A stretch of DNA of 64,000 nt from Planctomycetota bacterium (lineage in GTDB: Bacteria > Planctomycetota > B15-G4): positions 96,001 to 160,000 of the forward strand of contig CBDFJQ010000002.1 of the NCBI GenBank assembly GCA_965248575.1, written 5' to 3'. Under the pieces are notes generated by a model. It saw nothing but the letters and a program-made list of their open reading frames with translations. It had not been told where the DNA came from and did not search any database. This document shows positions 9,289 to 19,047 of this stretch, piece after piece; the stretch's first letter is position 1; each line of letters opens with the position of its first letter. The position numbers and the translations under genes are program-made.

Positions 9289-10695
9289 TTAGAACTGGAA
9301 GTAGACGAAGGGTTCTGCCGTGGCATGCACGAAGGCCAGCACCACGGCGCAGAACACAGCGTAGACCGTGGTGAAGCTCCAGGGGCCCAGGCGTCGCCAC
9401 CATTCGGCGAGCCAGCCCTTGTAGCTGACCCAGTGGATGGCCAGCAGGCCCACCAGCAGCATCAGCAGGCGGTCTCCGAGCAAGCCGGTGCCTGTCTCGG
9501 GGGCGGTGAAGAGAACATAGCTCTTGAGGATCGTCCCCGCGGCGGCCATGTCGTCGGCCCGGTAGAGGATCAGGGCCATGCAGATCCACCACATGGTCAT
9601 GATGTTGCCGACCACGGGCGGGATGGGGAATTTGCGCCGCAATGGACTCATGCGCCACTGCATCTGGGCGATCAGCCCCGGCACCATGACCAGGCCGAAG
9701 ATGACGAAGCGCCAGTCGGCGCCGTGCCAGAGGCCAGCGAGAATCCAGGTGATGCAGATGTTCCACAGGCCGCGGGGCGTGATGCCCTGCCAGCCGCCCA
9801 GGGAGTTGAAGACGTAGTCGCGGATCCAGAAGGACAGGCTGATGTGCCAGCGCGTCCAGAAGGTGGAGATGCTGGGTGCGAAGTACGGGAAGTTGAAGTT
9901 GAGCGCGAGGTTGTAGCCGAGCAAGCCTGCAGTGGCGACGGCCATGTCGGTGTAGCCGGAGAAGTCGCAGTAGACTTGCGTCGCCCACAACGCGACGCCC
10001 AGATAGGTGCTGCTCACCCCGTAGTCGGCGAAATTCGCGAAGTACTCGTCCACGAACTGTGCGACGCCGTCCGAGATGACCGCCTTCTTGATGAAGCCAA
10101 TCAGGAACAGCATCAGGCACCCGCGCACATCGACCCAGGCCAACTTGCGCAAGGTGAGGCACTGGGGCAGGAAGTCCTTGGCGCGCACGATGGGGCCAGC
10201 CACCAGCTGCGGGAAGAAGGCCACGAAGAATGCGAGGTCGAGGATGTCCTCAGCCGGTTTGAGCTGCCGGCGATAGATGTCTATGGAGTAGCTGAGGGTT
10301 TGGAAGGTGTAGAAGCTGATGCCCACGGGCAGGGCAATGTCGAACACGATCTGCGAGACCTCGAGGCCGAGCAGGTTCGCCATGTCCACCGCCGACGCGA
10401 TGAAGAAGTTGAAGTACTTGAAGACGCCCAGCAGGCCCAGGTTGCCGATCAAGCTGGCTCGCAGCAGCCAGAGCCGCTTGCGTTTGTCGTCGGTCAGCAT
10501 CAACTGCTTGCCGACGAAGTGGTCCAGCACCGTCGAGAAGACGATCAGCGAGAGGAAGCGCCAGTCCCATGCACCGTAGAAGACGTAGCTGGCGAACAGC
10601 AGCCACGCCTTGCGCGCCCTGTTGGTCCGCAGCGCCCAGTGGACACAGAAGACCGCCAGGAAGAAGGCGACGAATCGGAACTCGGAAAAGATCAA
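9289..10695 (-). CDS. MBOAT O-acyltransferase, AlgI/PatA type
   Basis: LPVGISFYTFQTLSY, FFPQLVAGPI, DFSGYTDMA, FWTRWHISLS, GLWHGA and C-terminal FVYFQF; TTG start. Confidence 0.92.
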   Translation of the reverse strand: MIFSEFRFVAFFLAVFCVHWALRTNRARKAWLLFASYVFYGAWDWRFLSLIVFSTVLDHFVGKQLMLTDDKRKRLWLLRASLIGNLGLLGVFKYFNFFIASAVDMANLLGLEVSQIVFDIALPVGISFYTFQTLSYSIDIYRRQLKPAEDILDLAFFVAFFPQLVAGPIVRAKDFLPQCLTLRKLAWVDVRGCLMLFLIGFIKKAVISDGVAQFVDEYFANFADYGVSSTYLGVALWATQVYCDFSGYTDMAVATAGLLGYNLALNFNFPYFAPSISTFWTRWHISLSFWIRDYVFNSLGGWQGITPRGLWNICITWILAGLWHGADWRFVIFGLVMVPGLIAQMQWRMSPLRRKFPIPPVVGNIMTMWWICMALILYRADDMAAAGTILKSYVLFTAPETGTGLLGDRLLMLLVGLLAIHWVSYKGWLAEWWRRLGPWSFTTVYAVFCAVVLAFVHATAEPFVYFQF

Positions 10696-10915
10696 CGCAG
10701 TGCGATTCGGCGGCGGAAGGTCGGTCCGGTCTCAGGCACGGGGTCAGAGCTCAACGCAGGCGTGGGCTGAAGCGGGGGCAAAGGGTGGCACAGGATAGGA
10801 AAACCGACCCCCGCATGGACCGCTGAGTCCCCAGGGATCTCTCAAAAGCTGGGCCTGCTTGGCGGTGCAGCTGGATACGCCCGAGACCCGCGGGAAGCCT
10901 ATCCCGAGATGGGCC

Positions 10916-12118
10916 TCAGCGCATGAGCTCCTGGGCGATGATGATCTTGCGGATTTCGCTGGTTCCACCGCCGATTTCGAGCACCTTCACCGCCCGGTAA
11001 AGGCGGTTGATCTCGTACTCCCAGGCGTAGCCCCGCGCGCCCCAGAGTTGGACGGCCTCGTCCAGGATCTCCTTGAGGGCTTCGCCGACGTAGAGCACCG
11101 AGGCCGCAGCCAGCTTGCGGATCTCACCCTTGCCGCCTTCGTCAAAGTTCACCTGGCTGGCGGCCGTGAGCGTCCGATAGACGAAGGTACGCATGGTCTC
11201 GACGCGTACATACATTTTGGCCAGCTTGTCCTGCACGAGCTCGAACTTGCCGATGGCCTGGCCGAACTGCCGTCGTGTCTTGGCCCGCTCGACGCAGAGA
11301 TCGAGCACACGTTCGGCGATTCCCAACCCGATCGGAGCCGCCACCGCGCGCTCGATGTCCAAACCGCGCATGAGCACTCGGTGCCCTTTGTTCTCCTCAC
11401 CCACGAGGCACTCTTCGGGGACGCGACAGTCCTTGAACTCCAGCTCGCCCCACGGGCTTCCGCGAAAACCCATCTTGCTGATGGAGCGTTTCACGGAGAA
11501 CCCCGGATTGGTGGTGTCCACCAGGAAGGCGGCGTGGCCACCGCCCGTTTCCATCTTGGTGAACAGCAGGATGACGTCGGCGACCGGGCCATTGCCGATG
11601 AAGATCTTGGTGCCGTTGATGAGATAGGACCCGCCCTCACGCCGTGAGCTGGTCTCGACCGAGCCCAGCAGATCGCTACCCGCTTCGGGCTCGGTGAGCG
11701 CCAGCGCCCCGACCGTCGTGCCCGCGCACATGCCCGGTAGGTACTTCTTGGCCTGGTCCTCGTTGGCGTTGCGGTAGAGGGTGTTGAGGCAGAGGCTCTC
11801 GTGGCAGAGGTAGCTCAGGGCCAAGGCATGATTCCAGCGACCGAAGGCCTGCAGGACGAGCCCGCTGTGAAGCACATCCAGACCTGCGCCGCCCAGTTCC
11901 TTGGGCACCGTGATGCCCAGGTACCCCGCCGATCCTAGGGTGGTGTAGGTGTCTTCCGGGAACCACTCCTCGTTGTCCATCCGCTCGGAATGGTGGTGGA
12001 AGGTGTCATGCACGAAGCCGTCCACCTTCTCCAGGTAGGCCGCCTGCTCGGAGGTCAATTCGTATGTGCCGCTGCCGGTTCCGCCTGCATTGCTGATGCC
12101 CATGGCCGCTTCCATCAC
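10916..12118 (-). CDS. Acyl-CoA dehydrogenase (isovaleryl-CoA dehydrogenase-like)
   Basis: ALTEPEAGSD, NGTKIFI, KMGFRGS, RRQFGQAI, EIGGGTSEI. Confidence 0.88.
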   Translation of the reverse strand: MMEAAMGISNAGGTGSGTYELTSEQAAYLEKVDGFVHDTFHHHSERMDNEEWFPEDTYTTLGSAGYLGITVPKELGGAGLDVLHSGLVLQAFGRWNHALALSYLCHESLCLNTLYRNANEDQAKKYLPGMCAGTTVGALALTEPEAGSDLLGSVETSSRREGGSYLINGTKIFIGNGPVADVILLFTKMETGGGHAAFLVDTTNPGFSVKRSISKMGFRGSPWGELEFKDCRVPEECLVGEENKGHRVLMRGLDIERAVAAPIGLGIAERVLDLCVERAKTRRQFGQAIGKFELVQDKLAKMYVRVETMRTFVYRTLTAASQVNFDEGGKGEIRKLAAASVLYVGEALKEILDEAVQLWGARGYAWEYEINRLYRAVKVLEIGGGTSEIRKIIIAQELMR

Positions 12119-12336
12119 ACAGAGGTTGGGAACAGAGAGTGAGTCTCACGCCGGGGCCGTGGCGAACCAGCTGGCCTGTGGGCGCGAACAGGCAACCGTA
12201 GCTCGAAGCGGTGGGAGCGCCAAGGCTGGGCGGGGTGCCGGCTTTTGGACCCAAGACGGGCGAACACGGCCTGCATCTCGGGGTATCCTTTCAGCGACTT
12301 CTCTGATATTTGCCCTCCAACCTGCGTTTTCATGCC

Positions 12337-12561
12337 ATGAACCAGCAGCAATTCCTCGAAGAGCTCGAGAACATCGTCATGACCAAGAAGGGGTCGCTGA
12401 CCCCCGACTCGGTGCTGGATGACATCAACTGGGACTCGATGGCCGCCCTGGAGTTCCAGGCGCTGGCCGATGAGAAGCTCGGTAAGACCCTGGACCCCAC
12501 GGACATCGGCCTGTGCCGCACCGCGGGTGACCTGGCGAAGTTGGCGGCGATCACGGCCTAG
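12337..12561 (+). CDS. Free-standing acyl carrier protein
   Basis: 74 aa, acidic, with a WDSMAALEF phosphopantetheine-site motif and C-terminal TAGDL. Confidence 0.8.
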   Translation: MNQQQFLEELENIVMTKKGSLTPDSVLDDINWDSMAALEFQALADEKLGKTLDPTDIGLCRTAGDLAKLAAITA

Positions 12562-12621
12562 CCGAAGCGTCGCGATCCACGCGGAGCTGGAGATGGACGC
12601 TGACTGCGGAGTTCGAGGCCT

Positions 12622-13188
12622 GTGCTGACAGGTCGTGAGCAGCGCATCCTCGTGCTGGGCAACTCCGGCTCGGGCAAGTCGACACTCACGCGTCAGCTCA
12701 GCGAAGTCCTGGGCTTGCCCGCGGTGCACTTGGACCGGCACTTCTGGAACGCCGGCTGGGTGGAAACACCCAAGGGCGAGTGGCTGGCTCGTGTGCCCGG
12801 GCTCTGTGCCGGGCCGCGCTGGATCCAGGATGGGAACTTCGCGAGCAGTTTGCCGGAACGCCTGAAGCGCGCTGACACGGTGCTGCTCTTTGATCGTCCT
12901 ACGCCGCTTTGCCTGTGGCGCATCCTGCGTCGATGGGCCCAGTATCGCGGGGAGACGCGGCCCGACCTCGCGCCGGCATGTGAGGAGAAACTCGATTGGC
13001 GGTTCCTGGGCTGGGTGTGCACGTTTCGATCCACGGAGCTTCCGCGGGTCAGGCTCGCCCTTGAGAACGCACGGAAGAACGCACGGAAGAACGCACACGA
13101 GGGCTTGGCTGTGCACACACTGCGCACGGAGCAGGATGTGTTGAACGTGCTCGCGAGCGCACGCTCGCTCGTCAACGCGGGCTGTTGA
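12622..13188 (+). CDS. P-loop kinase, FlaR/adenylate-kinase-like
   Basis: GNSGSGKST, HLDRHFW, WIQDGNF, RPDLAPACEEKLD. Confidence 0.8.
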   Translation: MLTGREQRILVLGNSGSGKSTLTRQLSEVLGLPAVHLDRHFWNAGWVETPKGEWLARVPGLCAGPRWIQDGNFASSLPERLKRADTVLLFDRPTPLCLWRILRRWAQYRGETRPDLAPACEEKLDWRFLGWVCTFRSTELPRVRLALENARKNARKNAHEGLAVHTLRTEQDVLNVLASARSLVNAGC

Positions 13189-14251
13189 CCCGCTCGAGCT
13201 CGGTCGTGCGCAACACACGCCGGCTGCGACCGGTGCCCACGGCCTCCTCGATCACCAGGTGCGTTTCGTCAATGTGCCGGATCGTCTCCGACGATCGCTC
13301 CGCTTCCAAGGCTCCCACTTCTTCGAAGAGCGCGCCGCCCTCACCCAGGGTTCCCTTGTTGCGAAGGAGGCGTGTGTCCTCCGCTCGAACGGTCCAGCCT
13401 TCCCAGGTCTGGCCGGAAGCGAGCCAGGCGCGCACGAAGAGACGGCCCTGCCATTGTTCGTCAGGAGCGGTGCGGGTCTCCAAGACGTCGAGCACCATGG
13501 CGTCCTTGTTGAGCAGTCGGGACCTCAGCCGCGCCTCGCTGGTGTTCCCCGAGATGTCGGTCTGCGTGCCGCGCCAGGTGCCGAGCAGCCAGTCCAGCTT
13601 GCGAGCCTCGGCGTGCTGCGAGAGGGTTCCGCTGGTCCAGTCCCGCTCGAAGAGGGCGTCTTGGGTGACCTCCTGCGCGGCGCGGGTCCGGGAGAATTCC
13701 ATGATCCAATCGGTCTTCCAGCTCAGCCCGGAATCCTGGGTCGTGGAGCTGTCCCAACGGACCGAGTCAGGCAGACCATCCGAGAAGCTGTAGCGCGTCT
13801 GGCGCGGGCCGCTCTCGGGGGCGAAGAACTCTCCGCGGCCGTGCCGAAAGCGTCCATGCAGTTGCCCGAAGCTGCCGTCACCGGTGGTTGTCCAGAGCAG
13901 CAACAGGGACCAGCGGGACTGTTGCGGGTCGTAGGCTCGCAGGCTGAAGCCGTTCATGAACGAGCCGTGCAAAGGGCCGGCCCATTCCTCCAGGATCGCC
14001 TGGCCGCCAATCACCGGGGTAATCCTGGCGCGGGTCACGTCGCCGTCCTGCCAGACCCCGCTCTCGTCGATGTTGCGGTTCTGGACGGACCACTCGCCCA
14101 CCCAGAAATCGAACTGGCGGTGGGGGTCCTCGGCCTGGGAGCTCTCGGTGGGCGCGTCGTCTTGTGTGGGGGCAAGGGCGCTCGGACCCGTCGGAGTCGA
14201 GGGGACCGTGGGGTCCAGTAGCAAGGTGGTGCAGAGCAGGAGCGCGAGCAT
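13172..14251 (-). CDS. Secreted protein with two DUF1579-like beta-barrel repeats
   Basis: Signal-like MLALLLC; HRQFDFWVGEW is repeated as ARKLDWLLGTW; W..DWIMEFSR. Confidence 0.6.
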   Translation of the reverse strand: MLALLLCTTLLLDPTVPSTPTGPSALAPTQDDAPTESSQAEDPHRQFDFWVGEWSVQNRNIDESGVWQDGDVTRARITPVIGGQAILEEWAGPLHGSFMNGFSLRAYDPQQSRWSLLLLWTTTGDGSFGQLHGRFRHGRGEFFAPESGPRQTRYSFSDGLPDSVRWDSSTTQDSGLSWKTDWIMEFSRTRAAQEVTQDALFERDWTSGTLSQHAEARKLDWLLGTWRGTQTDISGNTSEARLRSRLLNKDAMVLDVLETRTAPDEQWQGRLFVRAWLASGQTWEGWTVRAEDTRLLRNKGTLGEGGALFEEVGALEAERSSETIRHIDETHLVIEEAVGTGRSRRVLRTTELERVNSPR

Positions 14252-14736
14252 GAGGGATGTCCGGGCGGTCGGGAGGGCGCCGCACATGATGCCAGAAGCA
14301 TGGGGAGAGCCTAGGGCCCGGGTCGTGGCGTGGACGCGGCAGGTTTTCTTGTCCCGTTTCCCCCGGGGCGGCAAAGAAGAGAGGGACGGTGGACACCGAA
14401 GCCCGCCGCGCTCCCCGCAGCATCGATCTGCATGACACGAAGGCCGCGATCCATGGAACTTTCCAGCCTCACCCGACCCCTTCCACGACTTCCGTCACAC
14501 GCCCGTTCACGAGCGGCTGCGGACGTTCGCCTACACGGACCCGAACGACGGCGCCCGCGGTTGTCTGGTAGGAACCTTCACAGGCACGATCACGAACTCA
14601 CTCTTTCAGAAGACGGAGACGGTGTCGGGCCAGCTCTGCAGCGGGTGGAACAACCAGTCCGAGTTCTAGTTCACGGTCAGCTGAACGATCCGTTCGACCC
14701 TCGGGCCCGCGACATCTGGTGGGCCCCTGACAGACT

Positions 14737-16131
14737 TCAGGGACTCACCACGCGTCCGCCTTGGATCACCCGAACCGTGTTCTGGATATCCTGGATGTCG
14801 TCCAGGGGGTTGCCCGACACGAGCAGGATGTCGGCTTGCGCTCCCACCTCCAAGCGCCCGAGATCGCGTCGCCCGAGGTGGTCGGCGGCGAGGACTGTGG
14901 CGGCCCTCAAGGCTTCCGCGGGGCTGAGCCCGGCCTGCACGAGCAACAGGAGTTCGGCGAGGGTTGTCTGGCCTTCCGGGACGGTCCCGAGCGTGTCGGT
15001 GCCCACGACGATGCGGACACCTGCTGCGTGCAGGGCCGCGGTGTTGCTGAGCACGTCGGCGAAGGCTGTGGGCGGGAGCGTGGCTTGCCGCTGGGTCAGC
15101 GTCGTGGTGTAGGAAGCATTGTTGGCAAGCAAGGCCTGGGCGAGGGCCGGCCCCGAGAGGGGGGTGGCGATCATGTGTTCGATGCCATCCACTCCTGCGT
15201 TGGCCAGGGCCAAGGCCTCCGCTTCGAACGGAGAGCTGTGTCCCGTTGCCCGTAGCCCATGAGCGTGGGCGCGGCTCACGATCGCCTGCATCAGGGACGG
15301 AGGCATGAGCGGGGCGCCCCCGAGCGAATCATTCACGAGCTTGATGGCGTCGACTCCCGCGGCCGCGAGTTCGTCGACGCGCGACATGGCTTCTGCAGGT
15401 GTGCCCACTTGCAGCACGATCTGGCTCAGGCACCAGGGGTCCCCAAAGCAGAATTGGTTGACGGGAATGCCGCCCGGTGGTGTGAGCACGGCGCCGGTGG
15501 TCAACACCCGCGGGCCGTTGAGGGCACCCGCCCGGAGGTCGGCGGCCACGCCCACCGTGAGCAGGGTGGGGTCACCCATGGATTTGACGGTGGTGACGCC
15601 GTGAGACAGGTAGGCCTCGAGCCGCGCCGGCAGCTGTGTCTGCACATAGCTGAGGTTCTGCGCCTCGCTGGGCCCGGCGGTGCCCGCGATGAGATGGACG
15701 TGGGCATCGATCAGCCCTGGGACGGCGGTGAGCCCCGTGCCGTCGATGACCGTGATGGCCGTCCCGCCGGCTGGTCCGGGTGCACCCAGGGTCTCCAGGC
15801 CTGCTGACGTGAGCGGGCCGCCGCCAGACAGGCCGGGGCCCGGCCCGCCTCCGGGAAGTCGGGGCGGCGGCGTTGAGCCAAGGGTGGGAACCACGGCACG
15901 AATCGTCTCACCTTCGACGAACAGGCTGGCTCGCTCGATCACCTCACTGCCGGTGAACACGCGCACGTTCTGGATCACGAGATCGCCTGCCACGAGCGAA
16001 GCCGCCACCGATGTCGCGCCGCCCAGAAACACGATTCCCAGGAGCGCGGCCATCCTGACTGCAGCGCGGATCACGAAGCGGCGGGGTCGGTCGCCAAGCG
16101 ACGGGGACGGGCGAGGCGTCTCGATGGGCAT
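14737..16131 (-). CDS. Amidohydrolase-family protein, probably exported
   Basis: PGLIDAHVH, HGVTTV, AIKL, GIEH, GTD, GRLEVGAQADILLV. Confidence 0.85.
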   Translation of the reverse strand: MPIETPRPSPSLGDRPRRFVIRAAVRMAALLGIVFLGGATSVAASLVAGDLVIQNVRVFTGSEVIERASLFVEGETIRAVVPTLGSTPPPRLPGGGPGPGLSGGGPLTSAGLETLGAPGPAGGTAITVIDGTGLTAVPGLIDAHVHLIAGTAGPSEAQNLSYVQTQLPARLEAYLSHGVTTVKSMGDPTLLTVGVAADLRAGALNGPRVLTTGAVLTPPGGIPVNQFCFGDPWCLSQIVLQVGTPAEAMSRVDELAAAGVDAIKLVNDSLGGAPLMPPSLMQAIVSRAHAHGLRATGHSSPFEAEALALANAGVDGIEHMIATPLSGPALAQALLANNASYTTTLTQRQATLPPTAFADVLSNTAALHAAGVRIVVGTDTLGTVPEGQTTLAELLLLVQAGLSPAEALRAATVLAADHLGRRDLGRLEVGAQADILLVSGNPLDDIQDIQNTVRVIQGGRVVSP

Positions 16132-16180
16132 GCAGGCATCCTACAGCGACCTCCGCCCGGCGACACACTGCCCGGCAGGC

Positions 16181-16744
16181 TTACGCTTCCTCGTAGGCCT
16201 GTTTGAGCCAGGCCCTGAGCTCGCTGTCGACTTCGCTCTTGTCGCTCAGCCGTACGCGGTGCGAGACCATGGCGTTGAAGGACCCGGAGGCTTCGAGGCG
16301 CTGACTCGCCGGTGTGCCCTTGAGTTGTAGGCCGACGTCGACGCGCGTCGCGGTCGAGGGCTGGATGAGGGCGAACTGCTTCGAACGTCGCAAGCTGACA
16401 TAGGCTTTCTTGGGAGCCAGTTCGACGTCGCCGCCCAGTTTGGACACTGCTGTGGCGAGCGCCTTGTAGATCGGCCTCAGGCCCTCTTTCTTGCCGGCGT
16501 ACTGGGCTTCGATCAGTTCCTGGCCGGTTGGGTCGCCGCCCGGACCTTTGAGGGCCTCGGAGGCCACCAGGTTGGCAAAGCCGTGGGTCATGCCGTGCTC
16601 AGCCTTGAGGTGCTTCACGATCAGACCGTGCTTCTCGAGGCCGCTGGCCCTTGCGATCTTCAACCAGGCTGCGAGGGTCTTGCCGGTCTTCTCTTTCATG
16701 TTGGCCACCATGGCGGCGGCCATCTCTTGTGGGCTCTTGGGCAT
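16181..16744 (-). CDS. DUF4287/DUF5655-type protein
   Basis: EKTGKTLAAW...KHG...LKAEHGMTHGFAN and PKKAYVSLRRSKQFA...WLKQAY. Confidence 0.75.
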   Translation of the reverse strand: MPKSPQEMAAAMVANMKEKTGKTLAAWLKIARASGLEKHGLIVKHLKAEHGMTHGFANLVASEALKGPGGDPTGQELIEAQYAGKKEGLRPIYKALATAVSKLGGDVELAPKKAYVSLRRSKQFALIQPSTATRVDVGLQLKGTPASQRLEASGSFNAMVSHRVRLSDKSEVDSELRAWLKQAYEEA

Positions 16745-16812
16745 CGGAGAGGCTCCTGGGCTGGGGAAGGGGCTGGGGCTGGGCTGCGGTCCCGGCTGGC
16801 ACGTTACCCGGA

Positions 16813-17355
16813 TCAGCCCTTCTTGTTGAAGGGCCAGTGTTCGCTGCGGGTGGACTTGGGTGTGAACGGCTCCATGAGCTTGAACAACACGAAAAGCATC
16901 CGCGTGCCGAAGGTCGGACGGCCAGTCTCCACCACGGCCTTCAGGGTGTTCACGATCATCGTTCCGCCCTGCTGCATCTGCTTGGTGCTCTTGGTGCTGG
17001 CCGGCATGTCCGAGCAAGTCAATCGGAAACGCACCTGGTCTCCTTCTTGGGTCAGCTCGTAGGTGACGGTGCAGGGGGCGTCGTCGAACTGCGTGAAGCG
17101 GAAGGTGTGCGCGTAGCGATGGGGCGGGTCGAACTCAAGAATCTCGCCCACGACTCCGGTGTACTTCTCGTTCTGGGTGCGCATGCGGATCTGGCCGCCG
17201 ACTTCCAAGCGGTCCGCGTGCAGCACCATGTTGAACATGCACTGCTGCGGCGAGTCCCGCTTCGTGATCTCGTGCCAGACCTGATCGAGGGAGCCTCGGA
17301 TCAACACTTCGAAGACGGCTGTTTCGGTTGGGCTCGGCGCGTTCTTATTGCTCAT
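16813..17355 (-). CDS. SRPBCC/AHA1-domain protein
   Basis: VWHEIT, GEILEFDPP, LKAVVETG; overlaps the ArsR gene, a typical ArsR-SRPBCC pair. Confidence 0.78.
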   Translation of the reverse strand: MSNKNAPSPTETAVFEVLIRGSLDQVWHEITKRDSPQQCMFNMVLHADRLEVGGQIRMRTQNEKYTGVVGEILEFDPPHRYAHTFRFTQFDDAPCTVTYELTQEGDQVRFRLTCSDMPASTKSTKQMQQGGTMIVNTLKAVVETGRPTFGTRMLFVLFKLMEPFTPKSTRSEHWPFNKKG

Positions 17356-17689
17356 CGGTTGGGGTTCCCGTGCTTTCGATGGCGTACTTGAGTTGGGTCA
17401 GCTTGGAGGCCCACAGCGCACTGAACTCGGTGGTCCAGCGTTCGTGGATCTCCTGGATGGGGACGACGTTGAACCACAGCGCCCGCTTCCGACCTTGCTT
17501 CTGCGAGATGAGCAGGCCAGCAGCCTCGAGCAGGTTGAGGTGCTTCATCACCGCGATGCGGCTGATCTCGAAGTGGCTTGCGACGTGGCTCACGGAGCAG
17601 CCCGGTTGGGACTTCGCGATGTCGAGGATCCGGCGGCGGACCTCGTGCGAGAGGGCGGAGAAGACGGCGCTGAGGTGATCCGTTTTCAT
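17345..17689 (-). CDS. ArsR/SmtB-family transcriptional regulator
   Basis: VFSALSHEVRRRIL, ISRIAVMKHLNLLEAAGL, KQGRKR. Confidence 0.88.
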   Translation of the reverse strand: MKTDHLSAVFSALSHEVRRRILDIAKSQPGCSVSHVASHFEISRIAVMKHLNLLEAAGLLISQKQGRKRALWFNVVPIQEIHERWTTEFSALWASKLTQLKYAIESTGTPTDEQ

Positions 17690-17691
17690 AG

Positions 17692-17730
17692 GTAACCAAA
17701 AGGTTACGCATTGGCAGGCAAAGCTGTCAA
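17692..17730 (-). promoter_or_regulatory. Sigma70-type promoter (TTGACA-18 nt-TAACCT) overlapped by the palindrome GTAACC-N4-GGTTAC, a candidate ArsR operator
   Basis: Minus strand -35 at 17730-17725 and -10 at 17706-17701. The palindrome at 17692-17707 ends 2 nt before the ATG. Confidence 0.7.
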
Positions 17731-17928
17731 GAGCTTGGCTCGGCTCTCGTGATCAACGGCTCTTTCCAGCACGGCGGGGGCGACAGACGAGCGAAGGCGC
17801 TTCCCGTCGCTGGCCTTGCGCTCTCAACGCTCCGTGCGTACACCCTCGATGCCCCGACACACAGCTCGGGAGCGATTGAGGAAGCCGACGTCGTCGCGGC
17901 ACCCCGTCCTTGGTTCCAGGAGATCGTC

Positions 17929-18420
17929 ATGCAAGCCGACATTGCCCGCCCCGCAGACGCTCTGAGCCGTACGGTCGAGGGTGCGGTGCCCGGTCTCCTG
18001 GCGATGATGGAAGTCGAGGCTGTGGAAGCACCCGAGCCCGGCAAGTGGACGCCGAAGCAGATCCTCGGGCACCTGGTCGACTCCGCCACCAACAACCATC
18101 GGCGGTTCGTGCTCGCGCAGCTCGATGATCGCCTGGTCTTCCCGCCCTATGAGCAGGACGACTGGATCATTGTCCAGCGCTACAACGAGGCTCCTTGGGC
18201 CGAGCTGATCGAACTCTGGCGCCAGCTGAACGGTCATCTCGCGCACATCTTCCGGCTGACGCCCGAAGACGTTCTGCACCGTGTCTGCACCGACCACAAC
18301 CTGCACAAGATAGCGTTCCGCCCGGTCGAGGCCGGAACGCCCGTGACGTTGCACTGGTTCCAAGAGGACTATGTGGTGCACTTGCAACACCATCTTCGGG
18401 GCATGCCAGGCCTCGAATAG
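17929..18420 (+). CDS. DinB-family protein
   Basis: AGGAG before ATG; PGKWTPKQILGHLVDSATNNHRRF and DYVVHLQHHL. Confidence 0.85.
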   Translation: MQADIARPADALSRTVEGAVPGLLAMMEVEAVEAPEPGKWTPKQILGHLVDSATNNHRRFVLAQLDDRLVFPPYEQDDWIIVQRYNEAPWAELIELWRQLNGHLAHIFRLTPEDVLHRVCTDHNLHKIAFRPVEAGTPVTLHWFQEDYVVHLQHHLRGMPGLE

Positions 18421-18494
18421 GAGGCACCCACAGCGTTTCAGGAAACGACGGTAGGATGCCCCGGGCCACCGAGCACGTCTCCGGGAGAGATCTG

Positions 18495-18995
18495 ATGTCA
18501 CTCGCCTCCGTTCTGTTGCAGCACTTCAATGAGGAAGCGGTGCAGACGCGTGCCGTGCTGGCGGCGGTTCCGGAAGACATGTTGGCCTGGCAACCCCATC
18601 AGAAGTCCATGACCCTGGGACAGCTTGCGGGGCACATCGTGGAGACGCCGGGTTGGGCGCGGAACATCCTCGAGCGGGACATCGACCTCACGGACTTGGG
18701 GGACTACACGCCCTTGGTGGTGACGGAGACCGCGTCCATGATGGCGTTGTTCGACGAACACCTCGCGGCCTTCCGCCAGGGCTTGGAGGACCGGGAAGAC
18801 GCGCTCATGCTGGAGATGTGGACGATGCGCGCCGGTGAGAAAGTGCTCATGTCGGCCACGCGCCATGAGGCCCTGCGGACAGTCACGGTGCATCACGTCA
18901 TTCACCACCGCGGCCAGCTCAGTGTCTACCTGCGCTTGCTCAACGTGGGCGTCCCCTGCACCTATGGGCCCACGGCTGATTCGGTGTCCTTCTGA
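18495..18995 (+). CDS. DinB-family protein
   Basis: WQPHQKSMTLGQLAGHI and HHVIHHRGQLSVYLRLL...YGP. Confidence 0.88.
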   Translation: MSLASVLLQHFNEEAVQTRAVLAAVPEDMLAWQPHQKSMTLGQLAGHIVETPGWARNILERDIDLTDLGDYTPLVVTETASMMALFDEHLAAFRQGLEDREDALMLEMWTMRAGEKVLMSATRHEALRTVTVHHVIHHRGQLSVYLRLLNVGVPCTYGPTADSVSF

Positions 18996-19047
18996 TCCCA
19001 CGCCGACTCCGGGCACGGAATCTCCCAAGCGACCATGTCCACGATCC

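Noticed and set aside
8185..10770. 861-aa plus-strand ORF, and similar long ORFs at 33449-35443, 35440-37020, 46665-48644 and 60457-62364
   Set aside because: Antisense shadows of well-supported genes; expected in high-GC DNA and lacking motifs.
13064..13096. 12-bp tandem repeat AGAACGCACGGA (about 2.7 copies)
   Set aside because: In-frame micro-duplication (NARK NARK NAH) in a variable region; no functional signal.
14433..14435. TGA as a possible selenocysteine codon opening the downstream frame
   Set aside because: The upstream frame is shadow-like, with no redox motif context or evident SECIS.
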